The notes beneath the pieces were generated by a model. It did no database searches and had not been told where the DNA came from. It worked only from the letters and a program-made list of their open reading frames with translations. The position numbers and the translations under genes are program-made. From Alkalispirochaeta sp. (GTDB lineage Bacteria; Spirochaetota; Spirochaetia; DSM-27196; Alkalispirochaetaceae), in the NCBI GenBank assembly GCA_965601925.1, contig OZ271854.1, positions 2,624,001 to 2,688,000 on the forward strand: a stretch of 64,000 nt of DNA, read 5' to 3'. Positions 29,690 to 38,231 of this stretch are shown here, piece by piece. Numbering within the stretch: the first letter of the stretch is position 1; the number at the start of each line of letters is the position of its first letter.

Positions 29690-30691
29690 CTACGACGCCT
29701 CGACGCGTTCGGCGACTCGGTGCGCCCATTCGGTCGGTGTCGTTCCGGTCCAGCGGCGAAAGGCGCGACTGAATGAACCCTGACCGTTGTAGCCGAGGCT
29801 GTAGGCAATGATACTGATATTCCGTTCACCCTCGTACAGCATGCGAAATGCCCGTTCGCGTCTGTGCTTGTCGAGCAACTCCTTGAAGGTAAGGCCCTCG
29901 TCGGAGAGTCGGCGTTGAAGGGAGCGAGGCGAGAGGTTAAAGTCGCGGGCGATCTCCTGCATCGAACAGCGGCCGGAGCCGAGCGTTTCGGACAAACGAT
30001 CTCTGAGAGTCGAGACGAACGAGGATCGATCGAGGATGCGCAACTCCAACCTGTCGGCGAGACGTGTGAGGGTCGAAAGGAGGTGCGGATTCGCGTCGGG
30101 ATTTTGGAGGCTCCACACTCCCTTCGACAGGCGTATCCCGCTGTATCGTCGCCCCAGTTTGACCGGCGCGCCCCACACCCGAGCAAAGCGATCGGCGTCA
30201 CCATTGTCCGGCTGCGAAAGATGAACCTCTTGAATCGAAAACCCTTTGCTCCTCCGGAATCGCGCGTAGGCCGACGCCAGGGTGAGCTGCTCGGCAATGA
30301 AACGGAACGGCGGCGGAATGTTCTCGACGATCCACAGCCACTCTCCGTGCCCGCCGGTCGTGCTCACCGCCGAGGTCTCGGATATGAGGTAACGGTAGTG
30401 TTTGAGGAGACGTATGGCGTGCCCGACCGACTCCGCGTTGTCGGCGATGTAATCCACGAGGTCGAATTCGTGGGGCGGCACGACCAGACCGGTCCTCGTC
30501 GGTAGCGTCGGATCGGGGATCGTATCGGCGGCTTCCATCCATACACGGTTGAATACCTTGTCGTCGATCGACGCAAACGGATCGGTCAACATCGCCGCGG
30601 ATATACCCTCTACGCGAAGCGCGTTCGATACATCCACGTCCAGGCTCCGCAGGCCCGCCAGCGTTGCCTTGAGAGAGACGATTCTAGTCAT
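29690..30691 (-). CDS. AraC-family regulator, paralog 2
   Basis: Colinear with paralog 1. SPRSLQRRLSDEG, IAYSLGY....SFSRAFRRWTG.TP. Confidence 0.9.
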   Translation of the reverse strand: MTRIVSLKATLAGLRSLDVDVSNALRVEGISAAMLTDPFASIDDKVFNRVWMEAADTIPDPTLPTRTGLVVPPHEFDLVDYIADNAESVGHAIRLLKHYRYLISETSAVSTTGGHGEWLWIVENIPPPFRFIAEQLTLASAYARFRRSKGFSIQEVHLSQPDNGDADRFARVWGAPVKLGRRYSGIRLSKGVWSLQNPDANPHLLSTLTRLADRLELRILDRSSFVSTLRDRLSETLGSGRCSMQEIARDFNLSPRSLQRRLSDEGLTFKELLDKHRRERAFRMLYEGERNISIIAYSLGYNGQGSFSRAFRRWTGTTPTEWAHRVAERVEAS

Positions 30692-30697
30692 ATACGC

Positions 30698-30937
30698 CTA
30701 CCGGACCCCGACACCTTCGGTGACGCGGCTCGCCCAATCGGCCGGCAATGTGACCTCGGGACGCCGGCTTAACGCACCGATCCACCGGCGCGCGAGGATC
30801 TCTCCGGGGACCGACGCGAGGGGATCCGTGAGCATCGCACGCTTTGCCCCGCAGGCGCGAAGGGTCTCGAATGGATCGAGGCCGATAGCGTCGAGGGCTG
30901 CGGCCGCCGCCGCCCGTATCGTCGTAGTCGGTATCAT
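30698..30937 (-). pseudogene. Internally deleted third AraC paralog (79 aa, no HTH)
   Basis: N-terminus matches the paralogs (MLTDPLASVPGE..., RPEVTLP). It joins directly to PADWASRVTE, which matches the paralog 2 C-terminus PTEWAHRVAE. Confidence 0.75.
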
Positions 30938-31110
30938 GCAGTTCCCAATGTGGTTCCTTTCACCGTAGTTCCCGATCTCGGGGCACGCTTCCCACGCCGG
31001 CGCGGCGATGCGGATCCGGACGTGCGGGGGCGACTCCGATGATCACTGCGAGCGCCCGAAACACTATCGTTCCCGGACCATATCACGGGTGTCTACCGGC
31101 CGTCGCACGG

Positions 31111-31164
31111 TGGCGCGATATGCCGAAAAGATGGCGTGAAATGAGAATAAAACGTCGCGGCGCT
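31111..31164. promoter_or_regulatory. 21-bp-phased direct repeats, candidate AraC operator
   Basis: TGGCGCGATATG (31111), TGGCGTGAAATG (31132) and partial CGTCGCG (31153) in the divergent araC/FG-GAP intergenic region. Confidence 0.5.
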
Positions 31165-31249
31165 TCGATATGGTCTCCCTCGTGACGGTGCGACGTCTCC
31201 GTCGTGCTGCGCAGCGCCGCATACGACGCGCCGTCGGAGGAGAGAAACG

Positions 31250-32524
31250 ATGAACATGAAACAGTACGCCATTATCGTAACGATTGTGACAGCCCTTGCG
31301 GCGTGCTCGTCCGGTGGTGGCGGTAGCGGTGGCGGCGATAGCTTCACACCGTGGGCCGCTGTCGAAACGGTGCGGGCCGGCGACAGTGAAAGAGCCGACG
31401 CGTTCGGCGCCGCAGTGGCGGTGTCGGGCGACTATATGCTCGTCGGTGCGCGACAATCCGACGGTGCCGGCAACTCCTCGGGCTCCGCCTACATCTTCCG
31501 ACGTACAGAATCAGGGTGGACTCGGGATGTGGAGCTTGCTCCGTCGGATCTCACCGACTTGAGCCGATTCGGCTATTCCGTCGCGATCGACGGCGATTAC
31601 GCGGTCGTCGGATCGCCCGACCAGACGGCGGAGCAGGGCCGGTTCGGTTCCGCATACATCTTTGAACGGACGTCCGGCGGATGGAGGCAGGTCGAGAAGG
31701 TGTATGAGCGGACCGACACCGACGGTTACGGCCGTGGGTTCGGTCGAGCGGTCGCTATCGAGGGGGAGTACGCCTATATCGGAGCACCCGGCGTCAACGC
31801 GCATCCGAACGCCGGAGCGGTCTACGTGTTTCAAAGGCGAACGGCCGGTTGGCGACGGGTTGCCAGACTTACCGCATCCGACTGTGCAAGGTTCGACTTT
31901 TTCGGCAACTCCCTCGCGATTGACGACGATACGCTCATCGTCGGGGCGGTATATACCGGAGTCTACGCGTTCTACCGTAGCGCCGACGGATGGTCGGACG
32001 GTCAGGAGGATGCGAGATTTCCTCAGGATCCACGCGTCCGACTCGTGCTCGGCGGCCCCGCCAGAGTGCGATCCGTTGCCGTGTCCGGCGACTACGCGGT
32101 CGTTGGGGTGGGCCTCGCGGAAGACGTCCCGGAGGTGGACGGTAGCCGGGGGGACGGCATCGCAGCGGTGTTCCGGCGAGATGGCGCCGGGTGGACGCGA
32201 GTGGGGGACCTCACTCCTAACGCGGTAGTCGGCCGCGATTATTACGGCAGCGCGGTCACGATGTATGGAGATTACGCCGTCGCGTCCGCGTTCCGAGACG
32301 ATCAGAACGATCTCCCAAACTCCGGTTCGGTGTATGTGTTTCGCAGAGAGGGTGCGCAATGGAGCCAGTTCACCGCGCTGTACTCGCCGAACGCGTCGGA
32401 GAACGACAATTTCGGAAGCGCTATCGCCATGGACTCGGGGCGTCTTGTCGTCGGTTCACAGTGGGACAACCTGAGTGCAACCGAACTCTCTCGCGGTGCC
32501 GCGTTCGCGTGGCGCTATCGATAG
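31250..32524 (+). CDS. FG-GAP repeat beta-propeller lipoprotein
   Basis: Lipobox LAAC, Gly/Ser linker, repeated FG.(S/A)VA(I/V).GD...VG(A/S)P.....G.AY(I/V)F.R.....W units. Confidence 0.88.
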   Translation: MNMKQYAIIVTIVTALAACSSGGGGSGGGDSFTPWAAVETVRAGDSERADAFGAAVAVSGDYMLVGARQSDGAGNSSGSAYIFRRTESGWTRDVELAPSDLTDLSRFGYSVAIDGDYAVVGSPDQTAEQGRFGSAYIFERTSGGWRQVEKVYERTDTDGYGRGFGRAVAIEGEYAYIGAPGVNAHPNAGAVYVFQRRTAGWRRVARLTASDCARFDFFGNSLAIDDDTLIVGAVYTGVYAFYRSADGWSDGQEDARFPQDPRVRLVLGGPARVRSVAVSGDYAVVGVGLAEDVPEVDGSRGDGIAAVFRRDGAGWTRVGDLTPNAVVGRDYYGSAVTMYGDYAVASAFRDDQNDLPNSGSVYVFRREGAQWSQFTALYSPNASENDNFGSAIAMDSGRLVVGSQWDNLSATELSRGAAFAWRYR

Positions 32525-32694
32525 ACGCGCAGTCTGTTGTCGGTCCGCCTCGGGGGACCGTCGCGCCACATATCGGCTATCGGGCGCGGAGTGGCAATAC
32601 CTCGAGGAGACGCTTCGTTACAACACGTCTCGCCTGATGCGGAGTACGTGCGCATCGCCCTCTCGCGATAGCGCTATGCATAGAGAAAGGTACA

Positions 32695-34203
32695 ATGAGA
32701 AAAGCGATACATCACGGTACGATAGCGACGTTGGTGATGGTGCTTGCGGCATGCTCGTCCAACGGCGCCGGCGGAGCCGATGTCGGAGACAACGATTCAA
32801 CCTACACCGTGACCTACGACTCCAACGATGCTGATCGGGGCACGGCGCCCGAGACTGTGCTCTATGAAGTAGGGCGTACGGTGACGGCCGCCGAAAACGT
32901 CGGTGGGCTCGAGCGCGCCGGATTTCCCTTCTTTGTCGGGTGGAATACCGAGTCCGACGGAAGCGGCGACGGCTACCGGCCGGGTCAGACCTTTAGGATG
33001 CCCGCGGCCGACGTAACGCTCTACGCGGACTGGATCGACGTCGGAATTGCGCGGGCCGGCACGAGCCGGGAGGATGACGCCTTCGGGCGAGCCGTAGCGG
33101 TGTCGGGGAACTACATGATTGTCGGGGCTCCTCAGTTCGACGGCGCCGGCGAATCGTCGGGTGCCGCCTACATTTTCCGACGGAGCGGACGTGAATGGGT
33201 CTTGGACACGACCCTTGAGCCGGACGACGTGACGACATCGAGCCGCTTCGGTTATTCCGTTGCGATTAACGGCGACTACGCGGTCGTCGGTTCGCCCGAC
33301 GAGACCGCGGGGCAGGGCCGGTACGGTTCCGCCTACATATACGAGCGCACCGCGTTAGGATGGACATATCGGGATACGGTCGATGAGCGGAGCGACGCCG
33401 ACGAACCCGACGGGTTCGGCCGCGGATTCGGTGCCGCGATAGTGATTGAAGGCGATTACGCCTTTATCGGGGCTCCCGGTGTCGACGACCATCCGAATCC
33501 CGGTGCTGTGTACGTGCTTCAGCGACAAACGAGCGGCTGGGAACGGATCGCCAGGCTAACTTCCGGCGGTCCGAACGGAGGCTTTTTCGGTGAGCATCTC
33601 GCCGTCGATGACGACACGCTCATCGTCGGGGCGCGTCAGACCGGTGCATACGCGTTCTATCGCTCGCCCGACGGATGGTCCCGCAGCACCAAGGGCGATG
33701 CGTTTCCCCAGGATACGAACTTTCCGATCTCCGTCGGTGGCCCGATTAACGTAGAGTCCGTCGCGGTATCCGGCGATTACGCCGTTGTCGGAGCTATTCT
33801 TGCGATCGACATCGGTGCCGCCGGTCGCGCCGGCGACGGTATCGCAGCGCTGTTTCGGCGCGGCGCCGGCGGGTGGGAGCGCGTGGGTGAGCTCACACCC
33901 GAGGCCGGCGTAGGTCGTGACTACTACAGCTACGCCGTCGCGATGCATGGGGATTACGCGGTCGTCTCCGCACGACAGGACGACGACGCGGGCCGGGACT
34001 CAGGCGCCGCATTTGTCTTCCGCAGAGACGGTTCGGAATGGGGCCAGTTCACCGCGCTCTATTCTCCCAACGCCGCCCCCGCCGACGAGTTCGGGAGCGT
34101 CATCGCGATTGATGCCGAGCATCTGGTAATCGGCTCGCCGTGGGATAATGAGAGTGCGTCCGAGCCCTCTCGCGGCGCCGCGTTTTCCTGGCGCTACCGA
34201 TAG
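32695..34203 (+). CDS. FG-GAP repeat lipoprotein with an N-terminal InlB-B/Listeria-Bacteroides repeat; paralog of the preceding gene
   Basis: Lipobox LAAC, YTVTYD.N...G.AP...F.GWNT..DG.G..Y.PG..F.MP..DVTLYA.W. Propeller colinear with 31250-32524; both end in WRYR. Confidence 0.88.
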   Translation: MRKAIHHGTIATLVMVLAACSSNGAGGADVGDNDSTYTVTYDSNDADRGTAPETVLYEVGRTVTAAENVGGLERAGFPFFVGWNTESDGSGDGYRPGQTFRMPAADVTLYADWIDVGIARAGTSREDDAFGRAVAVSGNYMIVGAPQFDGAGESSGAAYIFRRSGREWVLDTTLEPDDVTTSSRFGYSVAINGDYAVVGSPDETAGQGRYGSAYIYERTALGWTYRDTVDERSDADEPDGFGRGFGAAIVIEGDYAFIGAPGVDDHPNPGAVYVLQRQTSGWERIARLTSGGPNGGFFGEHLAVDDDTLIVGARQTGAYAFYRSPDGWSRSTKGDAFPQDTNFPISVGGPINVESVAVSGDYAVVGAILAIDIGAAGRAGDGIAALFRRGAGGWERVGELTPEAGVGRDYYSYAVAMHGDYAVVSARQDDDAGRDSGAAFVFRRDGSEWGQFTALYSPNAAPADEFGSVIAIDAEHLVIGSPWDNESASEPSRGAAFSWRYR

Positions 34204-34211
34204 CATCGGGC

Positions 34212-34244
34212 GGCGTCGGTACTACCGAAGGCGGTATCGACGCC
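34212..34244 (+). terminator. Stem-loop just after the FG-GAP pair
   Basis: GGCGTCGGTACTACC-GAA-GGCGGTATCGACGCC, a 15-bp stem with G-U pairs and one mismatch. No U-tract. Confidence 0.4.
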
Positions 34245-34831
34245 CGCGCCGGACCCATTCGCTCACAACAAACAGTGACGAGACCGGTGCGGCGGCCCCG
34301 GTACGCTCCGATAACGGACGCGGAGCGCGGATTGTGATAACGCCGTGTCAGTGGAGTCCGATCGAAGTATGAGACGCCTCCTTTGGTGCGATATGGCAAA
34401 AAAACGAAATAGAGGCGTGTTCGCGATTGTGGTAGCCGTCGCGGTCGCCGTCGCAACCGCCGTCCTGACATCCGGCGGTCACCCGAGCGGCCGGTCGGCG
34501 GGCGATACGCGCAACAGTCTACAATCTGAGGACGACGATGATCGGTGTGGTGCAGCTGAGGCTCATGGAGGCCCGGCCGAACGATAACCCGCCCGACGAC
34601 AGCGGGTGTAACGTGGGCGCGGACCCGCGTCCGGACGACTCGTTGGATTCGCGTCCACGATCAGTTTTGCAGCACGTGACCGTGTGGGCAACGCGTCGCC
34701 ACTCCCCGGGGCGGGACATCAAGCGTCCGCGACCGCGTTGATTGCACCGCCACGGGTTACAAGAAAGAGGACGGAATCGCGCCTCTCCATGGGGTGGCGG
34801 AAGGTGGGCCCGTAGGTATATGCTTCTCGAC

Positions 34832-36001
34832 ATGGATCGCGATTTCACCCGTCTTCTTGATCGTCTGAGCGAGTTTCAGGCGGGGGCGCGAGATCTGAGC
34901 GAGATACTCCTCACCAACCTCGTCATGATCTCCGAGATTCCCGCTCCCACCTTCGGCGAGCAGCAGCGGATGAGCTTCCTCCTGGACCGCTTTAACGAAT
35001 ACGAGCTGCAAAACTGTTCGACCGACGAAGCGGATAACGCCCTGGGTATCCTGCCCGGGCGTGTCGGCGAGCAGAACATTCTCGTTGTAGCCCATATGGA
35101 CACTGCGTTTCTCGAGAAGGTGGACCATACCGTATCGATAGAGCCTACGTCGGTCTCCGGCGCCGGGATCGGTGACGACAGTTTGGGTGTCGCGGCACTC
35201 GCCACGCTGCCGTCCCTTCTGTCCCACCTGGGGATTCAGCTGAACTCCAACGTCATCCTCATGGGGAGCGCCCGCAGCTTGGGGCGGGGTGATATCGAGG
35301 GGATACGGTTCTTTCTCAACAATAAGAACGTACCGATCTCGACGGGTATCTGCGTGGAGGGGGTGAAGCTCGGTCGCCTCAGCTACGCCTCCATCGGAAT
35401 GTTGCGCGGCGAGATCCACTATCGCGTCCCGGAAGAGTACGACTGGACGCGATTCGGCGCCGGCGGCGCGATCGTCAACATGAACGACGTGATTAATCGT
35501 ATCCTCGAGATTCCCCTTCCGCGGCGGCCGCGGACCTCCATCGTTCTGAACAGTATCGAGGCCGGCGCGTCGTTCAATACGATTCCGCGTCAGGCGACCC
35601 TGCAGTTTGAAGTTCGCAGCGAATCGGGCGAGTTCGTCCGTCGCCTGGGCGACCAGATCAGCGACATCGCGGCGGAGACCAGTTCACAGACCGGCGCCGA
35701 CGTCGAGTTCAACGTGCTGGCGCGACGCCAACCGGGCGGAATCGGGTTCTCGCATCCCCTGGCGGCGCAATCCCGCGCCATTATCACCGCCTTGGGGGTG
35801 AATCCGCGTATATCGCCGAGCACTTCCGAGTTGTCGGCCTTCATCGACCACGGTATTCCGGCCGTCACGATCGGTCTCACCCAAGGAGAACACCATAACG
35901 AGGACAACGAGCGGCTGGACATCGAGCCGATCTATCTGGGCCTCGCGCAGCTGATCGGCATGCTCGTAGCGATCGACGGAGGATACGCAGATGGATCTTA
36001 A
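34832..36001 (+). CDS. M20 peptidase-fold protein with dimerisation domain, catalytic EE motif absent
   Basis: IPAPTF.E..R, AHMDT, GAGIGDDS, G.SFN.IP..A....EVRS, H...E.L. The usual GEE position reads ARSL. Confidence 0.8.
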   Translation: MDRDFTRLLDRLSEFQAGARDLSEILLTNLVMISEIPAPTFGEQQRMSFLLDRFNEYELQNCSTDEADNALGILPGRVGEQNILVVAHMDTAFLEKVDHTVSIEPTSVSGAGIGDDSLGVAALATLPSLLSHLGIQLNSNVILMGSARSLGRGDIEGIRFFLNNKNVPISTGICVEGVKLGRLSYASIGMLRGEIHYRVPEEYDWTRFGAGGAIVNMNDVINRILEIPLPRRPRTSIVLNSIEAGASFNTIPRQATLQFEVRSESGEFVRRLGDQISDIAAETSSQTGADVEFNVLARRQPGGIGFSHPLAAQSRAIITALGVNPRISPSTSELSAFIDHGIPAVTIGLTQGEHHNEDNERLDIEPIYLGLAQLIGMLVAIDGGYADGS

Positions 36002-37067
36002 CGCGTGGCTCAAGTCCAATACTTATCATCACTCCGAGTTTCGCGATCTCCGAGAGCTCGTTGAGGCCAAAGAGCGCGAGGAGCTCACCATATCGCTGTG
36101 CATACCGACCCTCAACGAAGAAAAGACTATCGGGAAAGAGGTCGTAATCTTTCGCTCGGAGCTCATGCAGCGCTATCCGCTCATCGACGAGATCGCGGTC
36201 ATCGACTCGGGTAGTACCGATAAGACGTTGGAGATCGCCGCGACCTTCGGTGCCGACACCTATCTCGCCAGCGATATCCTGCCCGACTTGGAGGATAAGC
36301 GAGGCAAGGGCGAGAACTTGTGGAAGGCGATTCACCAGTTGAAAGGCGATATTATCGTCTACATCGATGCGGACATAAAAAACATCCACCCGCGTTTCGT
36401 ATACGGATTGGTCGGACCGCTCATCTACCGCCCCGAGGTCAAATACGTCAAAGCGTTTTACGATCGGCCTCTCGCCTTTAGTCAGGGGATTCGGCCGAGC
36501 GGCGGCGGGCGTGTCACCGAGATTCTGATTCGGCCGCTTTTCTCGCTCTTCTTTCCGGAGCTTACGGCGGTCATCCAGCCCCTGTCGGGAGAGTACGCGG
36601 TGCGCCGCGAGGTGCTGGAGCGGATACCCTTTCCGATCGGGTACGGGGTCGAGACGAGCCATTTAATCGACGTCTATTCGCTCTACGATATGAACGCCTT
36701 CGCTCAGACCGACCTGGACCAACGGGTGCATCGTAACCAACCCACGCGCAGTTTGGGAAAGATGGCCTTCGGTATCATTCAGACCTTTCTTTCGCGGGCC
36801 GAGAAGCTGGGCGTCATCAAAGAACTACCCGATATCTCCACGATTCTGCGCCAGTTTCAGGTACACGATAAGGTCTTCGAGACGGTGGAGTACACGATCG
36901 TCGAAGAAGAGCGCCCGCCGATGGAGACGGTCCCCGCCTATCGCGAGCGACGCGACGAGATACGAGGTACCAAGGGCGGCAAGAAGAAAAAGAGCTCTTC
37001 GGCAGGCGGTCGCCCCCGGGCGAGCGCTCACAAGGGCGACGACGCGGCAGATGGGGACGGGGCGTGA
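35991..37067 (+). CDS. gpgS: Glucosyl-3-phosphoglycerate synthase
   Basis: P.LNEE.TIG, IDSGS.D, GKGE.LW, DAD, VKAFY.RP, GGGRVTE, QPLSGEYA, GYGVE, R.HRNQ. Confidence 0.92.
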   Translation: MDLNAWLKSNTYHHSEFRDLRELVEAKEREELTISLCIPTLNEEKTIGKEVVIFRSELMQRYPLIDEIAVIDSGSTDKTLEIAATFGADTYLASDILPDLEDKRGKGENLWKAIHQLKGDIIVYIDADIKNIHPRFVYGLVGPLIYRPEVKYVKAFYDRPLAFSQGIRPSGGGRVTEILIRPLFSLFFPELTAVIQPLSGEYAVRREVLERIPFPIGYGVETSHLIDVYSLYDMNAFAQTDLDQRVHRNQPTRSLGKMAFGIIQTFLSRAEKLGVIKELPDISTILRQFQVHDKVFETVEYTIVEEERPPMETVPAYRERRDEIRGTKGGKKKKSSSAGGRPRASAHKGDDAADGDGA

Positions 37068-37879
37068 GTCGAATCATCTTCGACGAGGTCTCCTTCGCGT
37101 GGCCCGACGACGAGGCCGCCGGTGACGAGCAGGCGCTTTTCACCGACCTTAGTCTACGTCTCGACGGGGGGCTTACCTTTCTCGTCGGACCAAATGGAAT
37201 CGGCAAGAGCTCCCTCATGCTACTCGGCGGGGCGCGTGTCTTTCCGCAACGGGGGCGGATTACGATTCTCGACGTCGATACGAGCCGCTTCGTCGACGCC
37301 GGAATCGACCCCGACGTCGAAGAGACGCGCAACCGCCTCGTCTCGTTTATCTACCAGAATATGGAGCTCGAGACCGAAGAGCCGGTCGGATCGCTCCTCG
37401 ATATCGTCGCCGAATCGAGCGGAGAACCGGACCGGGCCGCAACGATGCGCGAAGGCCTCATTGCCGCGGCGGAGCTCGGCGGTGCGTTGGACTCCCGAAT
37501 GCAGGAGCTGAGTAAGGGCGAAATGCAGCGTGCCATCGTGGCGATGAGCGTGTTGTACGGCTCGCCGGTCGTCATGATGGACGAGCCGCTCTTTGCCGTG
37601 GAGCCGGCGCGTTCCGAACGTCTGTTCGAGTATCTACGCGATATGTGTGCCGCCACCGGTACGTCGATGTATGCCAGCGTCCACGACGTCAAACTCGCCC
37701 GGACGTATGCCGACTCCGTGGTACTCTTTGACGCCTCGGGGGACATACAAGTCGGCGATCCGAAAACCCTCCTGGACCGTGAGCGCGTTGAGGCGGCCTT
37801 CCGAGCACCCTTCGACACGCTGTACGAGCGGCAGAATCTGTATCGCGATCTTCTCAAAAAGAGCTTTGACGTGCGGTAA
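37064..37879 (+). CDS. Stand-alone ABC ATP-binding protein
   Basis: Walker A GPNGIGKS, signature LSKGE, Walker B MMDEP, H-loop VHD. Confidence 0.85.
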   Translation: MSRIIFDEVSFAWPDDEAAGDEQALFTDLSLRLDGGLTFLVGPNGIGKSSLMLLGGARVFPQRGRITILDVDTSRFVDAGIDPDVEETRNRLVSFIYQNMELETEEPVGSLLDIVAESSGEPDRAATMREGLIAAAELGGALDSRMQELSKGEMQRAIVAMSVLYGSPVVMMDEPLFAVEPARSERLFEYLRDMCAATGTSMYASVHDVKLARTYADSVVLFDASGDIQVGDPKTLLDRERVEAAFRAPFDTLYERQNLYRDLLKKSFDVR

Positions 37880-37909
37880 CTGTGATCGGCTTGCAACGAG
37901 CAAAGGCAC

Positions 37910-37938
37910 AAAAAAACCGCAACACCCCGGTGCTGCGG
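37910..37938 (-). terminator. Rho-independent terminator of tRNA-Ala
   Basis: Minus strand CCGCAGCACC-GG-GGTGTTGCGG followed by T7. Confidence 0.8.
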
Positions 37939-37944
37939 CGCTTG

Positions 37945-38017
37945 TGGAGAATACCGGATTCGAACCGGTGACCTGTTGATTGCGAACCAACCGCTCTACC
38001 AACTGAGCTAATTCCCC
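37945..38017 (-). tRNA. tRNA-Ala (anticodon CGC), CCA not encoded
   Basis: GGGGAATTAGCTCAGTTGGTAGAGCGGTTGGTTCGCAATCAACAGGTCACCGGTTCGAATCCGGTATTCTCCA folds as a cloverleaf with the G3:U70 alanine identity pair. Confidence 0.96.
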
Positions 38018-38064
38018 GTATCCGTACATCTATTCGCGCCCCGTCGGACGCGTGTGCGTCCGTC

Positions 38065-38093
38065 ACCGTACTCGCGCGAAGGGTCTTTGTCAA
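38065..38093 (-). promoter_or_regulatory. Sigma70 promoter of tRNA-Ala
   Basis: TTGACA-17 nt-TACGGT on the minus strand. Confidence 0.65.
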
Positions 38094-38231
38094 GCGCGTG
38101 GTGCGCACGTCGAAGCACCGCCGTCGGTGTGCTATACTGTGGTCGGTCGGCGGCCGCTCGTCGACGCGTTCCCATCTAAATCGTAACGTATTTCACAGTA
38201 TTGTTCGGCGTTCACCTCAGGGAGGAGCATT

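Noticed and set aside
32140..32160. RGD tripeptide in the first FG-GAP lipoprotein as an integrin-binding motif
   Set aside because: The paralog has AGD at this position, and RGD arises often by chance in GC-rich genes.
32525..32694. Protein-like stretch (AEWQYLEETLRYNTSRLMRST) between the FG-GAP genes
   Set aside because: Too short, with no credible start or recognisable homology.
28631..34244. AraC/FG-GAP block as a mobile element
   Set aside because: No transposase, integrase, terminal inverted repeats or target-site duplication were found. It is reported only as an accessory block.
34370..34440. Possible c-di-GMP-I riboswitch (GGCAAA...CGAAA)
   Set aside because: The downstream GACGCAAAG element and the second stem are absent.
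37880..38231. tRNA-Ala as an integration site for an island
   Set aside because: No integrase, and I saw no duplicated tRNA 3' end in the window. The terminator follows the tRNA directly.
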